Assembly (NCBI GenBank): GCA_036172245.1
Contig: JAYWIR010000051.1
Coordinates: 682,001 to 746,000 of the forward strand
Source of the DNA: Raillietiella orientalis
Lineage: Eukaryota
DNA length: 64,000 bases
Reading direction: 5' to 3'
The notes under the pieces are model-generated. The model did not search any database, was not told where the DNA came from, and saw nothing but the letters and a program-made list of their open reading frames with translations. Positions 39,066 through 50,741 of the stretch are shown here, in pieces. The position numbers were made by a program, and so were the translations under genes. Numbering within the stretch: position 1 is the first letter of the stretch; every line of letters starts with the position of its first letter.

Positions 39066-40759
39066 GGAAGCAGGCAGACGAAGAGGTAAGGAGAGGCTGG
39101 TGATGGCTTCTTTGGCGGTGCCGCACGCTACAGGAGCTCCCTCGTCGGGTGCGTTCCTGCGGAGCAGCACAAAGAAGAAGGCTGCGGAGCGCCAGCAGAT
39201 CCCCGTCACGCGCCCGCGCTGTTGCCCTTCCGCGAGTCGGACGATTGGGTGTTTCCTTCCTTCTGGTTCTTTCGTTCTTCCTGACAGCGGGCCGCCGTTT
39301 CTCCGGGTGGGAGCAGAGCAGCTGCGGTGACAGCGCACGCAAAGCCCGACGCCGCCCCTGAGCCGATGCTTTGATTTTCTCTCGGGAGGCTGACAGCACC
39401 ACCGTCGCCGAGGCTTCCGTTTTCGGAGTCCGCCAGCAGGCAGCTCGGAGTTTCTCCTTCGTGCCCAAGCCGGTCCCCGGGAAGCGGAAACCGAGATCCT
39501 CGCTTTGAGGCAGGCCTCCGACCCCCGAATGGTCCCAACCCCTTGGATCTCAAACAGCCCTGCAGCTCTAGACGGCCTGCGGGGGCGAGGAACGCGACTT
39601 CCCTCGATCTCCCGCTCGTTGGACGCGAATCTCCGGACGGCTTTGGTGTGTCCCGGAGTTATTTCCTCTTTGTACGCGCGCAAATCGCCCTTCCGCCCTC
39701 CTTCCGTTCCGCAGATGGCACTCCCGGCGGTGCCACGGAAGAGTACTCCAGGCGACGGATTCGAGAGCGAGGCGCCACTGAAGATAAGTCCTTTCCAGTC
39801 GGAGAGGTGAGCCCGGCAGTCCGAGCGACCTTCCCTTGACCTCTCACGCTCTGTTCACAGGCTTCGTCTCCAAGGGATCCGTCCTGTCCTACTGCGTCGC
39901 GTAGGTCACCTGCGGGCGCACAGTCGGTGCGTTCCAAGGACCCAGGATGCGCGCTACCCCTCTCCCTCGCGGGCCGACTAGGCGAAGAGGGCCCCGACCA
40001 GTTGATTTTCTTGGCAGGGTGCGGCGGGCAGTCCGAAGTTACTGCAGACACCTCCAGGGATCTCATAGGAGGAAGAGGGCAACGACACGGCTCCTTTGGA
40101 CTCTGTTCCGGCTCACCGACTCTGACCTCGCCCCTCACCATGAAGGAGGAGGTAGGGAAGAACCCGCCAGACCCTTGCAAAAGCTTCTCCTCCCCTGATC
40201 CCTATCAACCCGTGCCACCTCCCCTGAGCGGACCGGGGAAGAGGGAATGAAAAGGAGGAAGTATCTGGCCTCTTTCGGGGAGCCCCAGCGCTTGGTTCCC
40301 GTCGAGGTCTCTGCTGCTGGCTCCCCCGGATCTGCGCTACAGAGGTGAATCGGCTGCCTTTGCACCTCGGTCCCCACTCCCCGCTTCCTCCCCGGACAGC
40401 CCCCAGGGGAAGTAGAGGAGGAGGCAGGGAGAATCTCTTGCTGTCCAGGGCCAGAGCGTCCCTTCTCGCCCCTCCCTGCTTGCCCATGGTCAACTCGCCC
40501 CTCCTCGCCCTCCCCACATCCCCGTCCTCATCCCCCCTGCAAAGCAAGAGCTCCCGCATCCTCTGACCTCATCCCTAGCCCCCCTCCCACCCCTTTTCGA
40601 GAGGTGCCTCACCTTCTTTAAAGACTCCGGCGAACTGCGACGGCTCCGGCCCTCGGAGAGCAGTGGAGGGGGGGAGCGGAACCTGTAAGAGAGACGCAGC
40701 TTCCTGGAGGCGCGCTTCCTCTGGACCGCGGGCACCTTGTGAGGCGCCGGCAGGACGAG

Positions 40760-40915
40760 AAGGGTCTTTTAACGGGGAGCGCGGCGGCGGCGGGTGGACT
40801 CGCGCGCAGCCGCGGCCGTCCGCCCGCCCGCGCCCCAAGCGCGCGCGCGCGCGCAAGGCGGCGGCGGGGTGACGAGTACCCGGTGACGTGGCCGGCGGGG
40901 GCAGCCAATGGGAGC
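40760..40915. promoter_or_regulatory. CpG/GC-dense promoter-like island with CRE/ATF-like site, CCAAT box and GC boxes
   Basis: TGACGTGG 40884-40891, TGACG 40870-40874, CCAAT 40905-40909, ccgcccgcccgcgcccc, a (CG)n run, and TTAAAA on the minus strand at 40772-40767. Motif clustering only; no transcript evidence. Confidence 0.35.
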
Positions 40916-43900
40916 GGCGGCGGAGCGCTTCGCCCGCGGTCTTCCCGGAGACTGGGTCGGCGCAGCCGCCGCGTGGTGTCTTCGGAAGCATCCCGGTGGC
41001 GCGCGGTCCCCGTTCTTCTAACTCCCTTTCCCTGCCCTCTCCCTCGCGTGGGGCTCACCGTGGGGTCGGGCTCCGCCGCCGCCGTGCCCATCTCGTTCAC
41101 CTCGGAGCGCGCCCCCGAGGCGCAGCAGATCTCCGCCGATGATGCCGCGGAGGTTTCTACCCCCCCTTTCTCCCTTTCCCTCCCTTCCCCTTGGGAGAAA
41201 ACGTTCCATACAGCCTCTATCCCTCTTGCACAGTCCCCACGGAGGACCGGAAGCTGGAAGCTCTAGTCGAATCCGGGAGTGCGCACGAAAGAGGACAGGG
41301 TAAAGTTCTTTCTCCCCCTCCACTCCTCCCTGAGCCATCACCTCCACGGGAGATGGGCGAGTGGAAAGAGTCCTTCCCGGAGCCTGGGAGCGAGGAAAGA
41401 GGGCTCTTCACACCATCCCGGGAGAACCTCGAGCTCTTCTCTCTTCCGGGAGTCCCGCTTGCCGAGTTCGTTCTCCCGATCCCCCGGAGAGGAGGTGCCC
41501 TCGCCCCTGGGATGGCGCCGGAACCCTTTTCTCCGCAGCTGCCGTCGCTAGGAAATGTCGCTCACTTTCCCTCACCCTCATCCACGCAGCTGAGCGCTCG
41601 GCCAGCGACCTCCGCCTTCCTGGATCTAGGGCCCTTCTGCTCCCGGAGACCCCGGGCGGCAGGAAGTGAAAGTTTTCCCTGGGAGCTGTTTGTGTTTTCG
41701 GAACGCCGTTTCCGGGACGACAGCTGCGGCGGCGGCGACGACGCAGCCTCCGTCCCGCCACGCAGCGAGACGTCCCCGTGCACTTGAGGGAGAGGAGGAA
41801 AGGCGAGAAGAGACCTGGAGGAGAGAGGAAGAAAGCTTCCTCTCCCGGGGGCGAGGGTCTGATAAAGTATGGGATCGCGCTTGCGGATTGTTCGGGTTCT
41901 CCCGGAAACCCCTCCTTCCCAGCGAGGCCCCACGGTCCCCGCGAGCTCATGAGCTGACCGCAGTCCCGGGACTCAGGAGATCCACGCAGCATTCGGAATC
42001 TCCCCCTACTCCGCATCCCCAAAGATTTCCACGAGGCGGCGCCTCCTCCGTTTTGCGGCAACCACCCAACCTCTCCCGTGCCACCCTCGAGGGAGGAGGA
42101 GTTCTTTGGGGCGTCCTCGGAGAAACCGCGCCCGTCCGCCGCTCCCTCACTCACGCTCATCCCTCGACTCCCCCTCCCTCTCCGTCCTCAGCCACCTAGG
42201 GGAAGAGAGGACGTGGGAGAAGCAGCATCGGGAGCCTCTGAGACCCTCTCTGGCATCGCGAGGGGAGGTTCAGCGGAGAGGAGGGGTGGCGCGGGCGCCG
42301 CGGGAATTGTCGGACACGGCGCCTTCCCCGCCCCTACCAGTCCCCGAGAGGTTTCGGCATCCCACTCGGGCCGGAAGAGGGTCACCTGAGGACCACCTGC
42401 CTCTCCAGGAGGGGTGTCAGGTGGCGCTCGTTATCGGCCTTTCCCCAGGCCGCCCTCCCGAGGCCGTTTATGCGGCAACCGGATTGCCTCAGCCCCATCC
42501 ACCTCCCCTTCGCCCCTCCTTCTTTCCCATTCTTTCCGCTAGGGTGGACACGAGAAAGTCGTAGGAGGCGATCAGGGTGGCAAGTGGAGGGAGGGAGAGG
42601 TGAGAGAAAGCGAGAGACCACCAGGTCCCCGTTGTTCCCGATGGCTGACATCCCAGGAAAGGCGGAGGGCCCTCTTCCCCTTCCCTTCCCCCTCCCTCCT
42701 CGCTCCCTACGGGTCTTGGAGCGGAGGGTCTCGCGGCGGCGTCAACAAGAGGTGATAATTTCTGGGAAACCTCCAGGGCAGTGTTCCCTGACCTCTAGAA
42801 GGAAAGAGGGATAGAAAAGAGGAGATCCAACGGTCTTTCCCGCGTTCGTCAGCGTTCGAGGTCACTCCCTCCCCCCTTTGTCTTACCCCAAGCCATTCCC
42901 TCCCTCCCTCTCTCTCTCCCTATTCCCCCCCCCTCTCCTCCAGTAATTGGATCGGGAGAGGAAAGCGTCCAGCTCCGCTAATCGAATGCGGTCGCTTCCG
43001 GGATGCGCGAGAGGGAGCCCCCGCGGGCGAGTCGCCCGCCAGCGGCGGGAGGAGGAGGAGCCAAGAGGCTTTCGCCCGTCCGCCGGCTCCTCCATCGTCC
43101 GTCCCCCGGGAGAAAGGGGTCACTCCCCTCCTCGCACGCGAGCAGGTCTGCGAGGTCGCCCGAAGGAGGGAGGCCTCCGCCTTTCTGCCTGCTCAGGCGT
43201 ACCCTCAGGAGTCCACTCGGCTGTCGGTCACAACTCGAAGGAAGGCGTGTCCGGAGGTGGGAAGGGGTGAGGGAAGGGGACATAGCTGCCGGTCGGTCGC
43301 TTCCCGGGTGCCTTCTCGTCCTCGCAGCACGACCAGGTGACGATTGACCTGGGAAGCTCCTTGAGGGTGACCTTCGTCTGGAGGGTGATCCGCCAGAGGG
43401 TTCCGCACGTCAGGAGGGTACAGCACTCCCCGTGCCCTGGCCATGTCCGCTGCTCAGCCTCCTAGAGAGGGAGAAAAACCCTCCTGCAGTTGCAGTCTTT
43501 CCCCTTACCCCCAGGGGAACGATTCTCTTCCGCAGGTCACTCGGCAGCCAGAGGCATCGAAGACATCGCTGTCGCCCAACCCCTGGGGCAGATCTCTCGG
43601 AGGTGCCCGAGTCTCGGAATCGCCTCTTCGGCAATTCCACAACGAGGAACCCCTTCGGTCTCTAAGGGCAGAGGGGCGAGCCCCTCCCCGGGGCCTCGAG
43701 CCTGCAGGGAACACCCTGCAGAGCTCCTCCGCCAGATCCCCCGCACCTCCCGTTCGGGCTGTTGGCGCGTCGTCAGGGCAAACTCCGTCTTCCGCTGCCA
43801 TGGGAACGAGCTCCCCTCCCGCTTCCCCTTCGCCGCCTTCCCCTTTCGCTCCACCGACCAGCCGGTTCCCCTGCGCTCGACCGCGGAGACCCCTGCGGGG

Positions 43901-45794
43901 GACTCCCCGCGGTCGAGATGAGGGAATCGCGCTAAGAAGGCATCCGTCCCCTTTTCTCCGCTCCCCTTCCTCCCAGTCGCCTCCCCCCGTGGCGTCCGGG
44001 GCAGTCCGGTTCTCTTCGAGCTCGAACGCTGGCCTCCGGGAGAGATGATACCTTGACCCTCGGTTGTCACCATCCCTCAGGCGCCTCCCGGGGTCACGCA
44101 CGCGTGCCTCGGAGGAAATCCCCGTTAGTGACGGCAAAGGAGACCGGTGACCTCGGGTCCTCGGGGCGTGCCTAGAACTCTGGCGCTCCCAGCCAGAGGT
44201 TCCTCTTGAGGAGTCTCAGAGGGTCGGGAGGTTCAGCAGGGCGCGCGTGGACCGCCTCGGGGGCCCCTGTGCCCGCCATATCTCTCAACAAAGCATCCGT
44301 TGGTGGGCACAAGGAAGCGCCTAAGCGGGAGAGGGAGAGAGAAAGGGGCAGTGGTCCCCCCTCCCGTAAGGCCCTCCCTCTGGAGTTGCAGGTTCTCGTT
44401 ATGAGGCCCGGACTAGTTTCTCCCCCTGATCGGACGGACCCCTCAGAGTGTCTGCGTATCGGACCAGGAGGAATAGGTCCACGTCAGATGCCCGGTGGCC
44501 TGCAGCCGAGGAGCGCATCCCTCCCGCAACCCCTGCTGTTACTGCCTCCGCGTCCGAGTCGCACACCTGAGGGGCGCACAGGAGATTCCTCCCCTCGGAA
44601 GAAGTGACTGCATGAAGCTCCTTGATGGTAGCCGGAGGCCATTCTACGCTGGTGGAGGGTAGTAGCATCCTCGGTGAGCACGAGATGGGTTGGGACGGGG
44701 GTGGTCAGAAGATACTAGAGGGTGTCATGGGTTCTCTGGGACGAAACCGGATCCAGCAGGGCGTACCGAACCCTCAGAGAACATTGAGGTCACTTACAGC
44801 CGCTTCCGTTTGCACGACCCGGTATCGTCTCCAGAGCAGCTGGGATGCAGCTCAAAGGCGACAGCGTCGGCAGCTGGTCGCTGCGGCGGTGTAGCAAGCG
44901 GACGCACATTGGTTGGGGGGAAGCGGTAGAATTTAGGCGACGGGAGGAGCTCGACTCGGTCCGGGAGAGGAGAGTTCGGAGAAAGCGGACCATAACTCAA
45001 GGCTGCTGCCAAGAGTGACTTCTTGGGAAGGAGAAATGAAGTCAGAGATGCTGGAGCTCTGAAGAGGGCAAGAGTGGGGGAGATTGCACAATCCACATCC
45101 GGGTTCTCTTTTCCTCCTCCCTGAGCCAGGAGAAGAACCATTCGCTTAGCAGAAACGAAATTTCCTTCCTACTTTTTGGCTAAAAAAACATCTCCCTCCC
45201 CCTCGAGAGGGATGGGGGGGAAAATGGCGGGGCAGGTGAAACAGGCTGCAGGAACATGGAATGAGGCCTTCGAGTTTCCCTGCGGGACACAGCAGCGGTA
45301 GCTCTCTTGCTCCTTCGCTTGCTCCTCCTTATGTGGTCGGACTTCCATTATCACGATCCGATATTGGAGGGATTCCTCTGGTGCGTGACGTCATCAATCC
45401 GCGTTTAATTTCGCGCACTTCGGAATTTCGATTCGGAGCCAGCCGACCACGGCACTTTGTTCCTCCCCTGCTGGCAAATCGTCCACCCTTGATGGCCACT
45501 ACAAAGAACCCCTTGCTTGCCGTTCGCGGAACTAGAGGGCGAGAAAAAAGCAGGGAGAAGGAAGTTGATGCGAGGCGAGGAAGCACTGGCGAGGAAGGAG
45601 GAGGAAGACGAAGCTGCCATCTGGCAAACGATGAGACAGCTTACTCTCTGATCGTTCTCGCTACTTTTTGCTAGTACTGCTGAAGCGTGTTCCGTTCCTT
45701 ATCGCTTGGCTGCACGCAGTGACTTCCCTTACTCAAGAGCGACAGGTTTCGCGTTTATTCACATTGTTCTTCATCCACGCTGTTGCCCGTTCTT

Positions 45795-45905
45795 CATTGT
45801 TTCTCCGCTCACATTCTTTATCCGTCCTCCATTGTTGCTCCGCTCGCATTGTTGCGCCATCCCCTATTGTTGCTCCGCTCACATTGTTGCGCCGTTCTCC
45901 ATGTT
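45795..45905. repeat. Degenerate 35-bp tandem repeat, about 3 copies
   Basis: cattgtttctccgctcacatt..., cattgttgctccgctcgcattgttgcgccatcccc, tattgttgctccgctcacattgttgcgccgttctc. Confidence 0.8.
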
Positions 45906-48900
45906 TCCTGCACTGTCGCCCTCCCCTTTCCACGCCCTCCACGAATGCACGCTAGTCGAACCAGCTCATTGTCGGCGCGCACCTGCGACGTTGCATTGCA
46001 GCGTAGCGACACGTATCCAAACGGCTCGTGCTCTGCCGGAGACCTCCTTCACCTGCTCTCAGTCAAAAGAACCCGGAGATCTGGTTTCTCTCCGTCTTTA
46101 AAACAACGGAAAAAAAAATTTTCTACGAATCCATGAAGGGCTACCCAGAAATCCCATAACTGAATTATTTGTGGGACAACTTCTCTCAATCCAGGATTAG
46201 GAATGAAGATAGCGGGAGTTAATGCCTACGATCCAAATCTACCAGAGTGTGAACTAAAGGATGTGAGAAGGCAAGCTGAGATGTCCTTGTAGGGATAATT
46301 TCCGAGTCGCTTCCTAACAACATCGTGAGCTGTCTCCGGAAACCGAAAGCAGCCCGCCTCCTCCAGAGCTGCTTTACGATGAGCCATCGAGAAAGCGCGG
46401 AAAGTCTATCGCATGCACGTCACTCTCGTTCCTGTGGTGAACACCTGAAACTTTTTCTTCCGAATTTTCAGTACCCCTCCCTTGTCTGCAAACTCAAAGT
46501 CCAAGCTGAAAGACGCAGTATTTTTTAAGACTTCATTTCCGCTCGCTCAGCAGATTTGCTAGTATTGAGAATTGCAAGTTTAGAAAGCTGTAGGTCCACG
46601 ATAGCAAATCAAGCAATTTCTTAAAAGCGGTGACGTGCGTCGAGACTGCCGTGCTCCTGAGATTTCTATCCTTCATTAGGAGGGCGGTAGGAAGGCAGAG
46701 ACATCTGTTCCGTGATGGCGAAACTGAATCGATTGGTCCATCGATTAGGAAAAAAAATAACCCAAATGAGGCACGTGCACTCTGGACACTGGGCTCGGAT
46801 GGAAGCGTCTCGCGGTGCCGCAAGTGACGGCCGGCATCGGGGCAGCCGACTGTTTCCCTCACTCGGGAGTCGTTCTGCACCCGAGCTCTCCCGCATCCTC
46901 TACTCACGCTTACCTGCCTCTCGAACGGGAGCTCCGCAAAGTGGAGCCCTTTCTCGTGGCGGTAAAGTTGACTAATCGCGCGACTGACTGGATGAACGAT
47001 GACCCAGAGGAGAAACGAGGTGAGACCGACCTCGACCAAGCGGTGACGTTTGGAACAGCGCGGCACGAGTCACTCCGAGCAGTGCATCGCCCGCACGGGA
47101 AGCGTCCCCGAAAGTGCGCTGATCCGCCGTCTGTCTGCCCAATCGTCTCTAAGGCGTCTTCATTCGGATAAAGGACTGCACTCATGGGAGAAGCCGGGAA
47201 GGCCCTTGCGTGCCTCCACTCAAAGGAAAACTTCCAGAAGTACCAGCTGAAGCGGCCTGTTGCATTCGTTCGCTTTCGGGGAATCCCTTGGCGACCGGAC
47301 AGACGTCTGATTCCAGCGGCAACTTTGCGTAGTGTTTCCGGCTTTCCGATGGAAATTCGACCCCCCCGTCCGGCGGGTCCACTGTGCGCCGCATCCCGAA
47401 GCACCTTCCGCGAACCGAGGTTTACTCTTCCCGCACCGTTTTCTCCGTCTTCGTCGCTCTTATCAAGTCTGCGCTGTTCCCGTTGCCGCAGAAACCGTTC
47501 CCGGAATGCCCCCTGGGTTCTGTGAGACGCTTGCATCGTGCCGGGGGCAACCAGCTTCCGATGACTACGGGCATCGTTATTGTTGGCTCTTTGGGTTTCC
47601 CGAGTCATAGTGGGACTCGGCCCTATACGGTGGTCATCCGGCCGCTGAGGACCCTTTGAGCACCGGTTAGGATTGACCCTTCAGTTCGCCGACGAATGTG
47701 GAGCACCGAAGGGAAAGTGGAGATGCAGATCGACGGCTCTGAGCCAGCCCCGAGAACGAGAGACAATTCTGTTTCCCTGGGAACGACAATCCGCTCGCGG
47801 TCGGGATGGTTCCGGAAAAGCGAGACCTTTCACCCCATCGTCTCATCCTCTCCAAAGTTTTCCCATTTCCGGCCTCCTCCCTCTCTTTGGAAGTATGGCG
47901 CTGCCCTCTTCCGGTTTCTCAGGAAGAGGTTCCCGGTGCTCCGAGCCAGATCTGGCGCGAGCGGCGGCTGCACAGGAGGAGCAGCGAGATGAGGGCGGTC
48001 GCGGGGAGGAGAGCCAGGACGAAAGGAGCCGCGAGAGAAGATCTTTGGGCTCGGCCGAGATCGAACGATCCGACCTTCCTCCCCCCTGCCCACGCCAAAC
48101 CGCTCGAGGATCGCCAATCCGATCCCGGAGAGAAACGGAGGCGACTTCGGAAAAGGAGGAGGGGGGGCGAAAAGAACTCCCTGAGCTCCGATAGATGCCG
48201 CTGGTGGGAGCCTCAAAGACAGCGCCGTCGGCAGTCGTCGTCACAGCGGTCACAGAGGATTCATGAAACTCCTCTCGGATCACAGAGCTCCCCGGGTCGA
48301 TTCCGCTCGCTCCGGGCAAGAAAAAGAGCCCTCATCACGGATTGAGGCGGAGAAAGAGGAAAGGAGGGTGGAGGGTAAAGTGGGAAGAGGAGGAGGAAGG
48401 GGGAAGCGTCCCGAGAAAGCGAGGACGTCCGCCTCTCCACGAGTCCCCCGCGCGCAGAGGCCCGGCGAACCTCGGGACAATCGCGGAGGGATGCCCATCA
48501 CCGGGAGAGCTCACAGCTGCTGCTGCTGGGGGAATCCCCGGCGCACGCGCCTTCCCTCCTGAGGGGAGGGGGGAAGCTGCGATCAGGACGGATCCGCGCG
48601 TCGGCGGAGGGCCGCCGCCGCCGCACAGACGAACCATCTCGGCGCCGCTCATTTCCTGTCAACCTGGTGGCGGGCATTCCCAGAGCACTTCGAAGGCGTG
48701 CTCCCGGAAGGAAAAGTTGCCGGAAACCAGGGAACTTCGGGAGAGGAAGATTTCCTCTGGGAGGGGGACCCGACTTTCCCACTACCTGCGAGGAGAAAAT
48801 GAATGGGGCGGGGATAAGCAGGGATCATCGGAAGCTGCTCCGAGAGGATCCTCCCGGCGGGCGACCACAACTTCGCGCCCGGGAGGGCAGGAGTCCCCGG

Positions 48901-50286
48901 CGTTTTCCTCCCCTCCCCCTGTTCCCTCTCTCGACCGCTCCAGGACCCTCGGAATGCTCGCTCTGCCTCGCGAGGAACTCGTCCCGTCGGCCGGACTGTC
49001 TTATCCGGAAGAACCTTCCGGACGCCCGGCAGCTCGGGAGGTGCACCGCGTGCCCGCTCCCGGCCCTCCGGGCGGAGACGCATCAGCAGCAACCAGCCGA
49101 TGAGGGCGCCTCCCGTCAGACGAAGGAGCGACTATCCGCTCTCCTGCAGCGAGAGCTGGAGGCCTCTCCCCCTTCGCTCGGAATACTCGACGGATGGGTA
49201 CCAGAAGTCCAGGAGGACCTCCACCCCCTTCCTGTCTTCTCTCGACAGAGTCCGGAGCGACGGATTCTTGCAGACGTCCCGCCTTCTGGGATCTACTCCT
49301 TCTCTTGCCACGCAGTCATAAGGACAGTCGCTGATTCCTCGTCCCTGCTTCCCAGGCCCCTCCTTCTCTCCCGGATCCCAAAAGCCTGCCGGGAGCTCTC
49401 GGTAGCCGAGCCCTGCACGTGACTATGACGCCGCAGGCGCAGTAGGCATGGTTCCCATCGGCGGACGGAACGCTCGAGGGAAGCCACAGCGATCACACCC
49501 GCACGCGCGCGCATCCCGTTCGCAGGGTGGGAGATCCTCTCACTGCCCGCCCTCCCGCCCGCGCACGTGTGAACGCGGGCGCTCTCGAGGACTGCCACCG
49601 CACGGACCAGGGACCCCCGCCCTCCCCGGCAGTCCCGAGGCAGTGCAAGGCGCTTTCTCAACGTTGCGCCGTCCGCCGCGAGAAGGGAGGGGAGGGGGAG
49701 TTGCGAAAGCGCCCTGAGAAAGGAGACCCCCTCCTGTGCGGGTTTCGGGGACTTCCCACATCACGAGGCGGGCGCCGGTGGATTCGCCCCTGGAGGGAGT
49801 GCCCGCAGATAGAGGTGACAGCGTCGGAGAAAGCGTCCTTCCTCCCCCTTCTCCCCGCCGAGACCTCGAGCGATTCCGCCCGACTCGCATCCAAGCAGAA
49901 GTCACCCTGCGGAGGAACGAGGACCGGCCCCAGCACTCTCGAGAAGGCCTGCCTGCCCCCAAGCTTCTCCTTCTTCCGGCTGAATCCCCCGCGGATGAGG
50001 TCATCATCATCCACACGGACGCCCGGGAGAGATCCCGCTCAGCCGCGTCCCACCACCCGAGGCTCCTCTCGGGACCGTCGAGCGAAGTTCGCCAGAGGTT
50101 CCTCCTTGATGGCTCCGGGAATCGCCACCAGCCATGTCAGCAAGGCTCACCCGGGGCAGCAGGGTGTCGGCCGGAAACATGCGACGCCGCAGCCGGACAC
50201 GACCGCGCGCCGCAAACGACCGCCACGCAGTAGACGTCGCCACCGGGCAAAGCGAGGTCGTCAGGTCGCAACCGTATCCTCGCTCT

Positions 50287-50741
50287 GTGGATGGTGGGTG
50301 GTGGTGGTGTGGGGGTGGGGATCGGGGGAGGGAAGAGGTGGTTTGGAAGAAGGCTGGACACAGGCTCATTTCCATCGGCTGACCCCATGCTTGCCGATAG
50401 TCCGAAAAACCATCGCACCACAGGGTACCACTGCAGGCCAAGTCACATTCCTTCCCCGGTTGGGCTGCACGGGCGGGGGGAAGGGTGAATTCTCGAACCG
50501 ATGTGGATAGGCTGCGAGAAGACCCGACTCCGAGGGCGGCGCATCCCTCGTCACCCTCCCCTCCCCTTCCACTCACGGTGGAATGTGACTTGGCCTGTGG
50601 TGGCGCCCTGTGGCGCGAGTGTTCTTCAGACTGTCGGCTAGCATGGAGCCAGCCGATGGAAATGAGCCTCAGAGTCCAGCCATATTCCCGACCACCTCTC
50701 CCCCCCCCCCCGATCCCCACTCCGACACCACCACCATCCAC
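50287..50741. repeat. Long inverted repeat IR3: arms about 50287-50451 and 50580-50741, spacer 128 bp
   Basis: caggccaagtcacattcc / ggaatgtgacttggcctg and aggctcatttccatcggctg / cagccgatggaaatgagcct pair perfectly; roughly 80% identity over about 160 bp. Confidence 0.93.
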
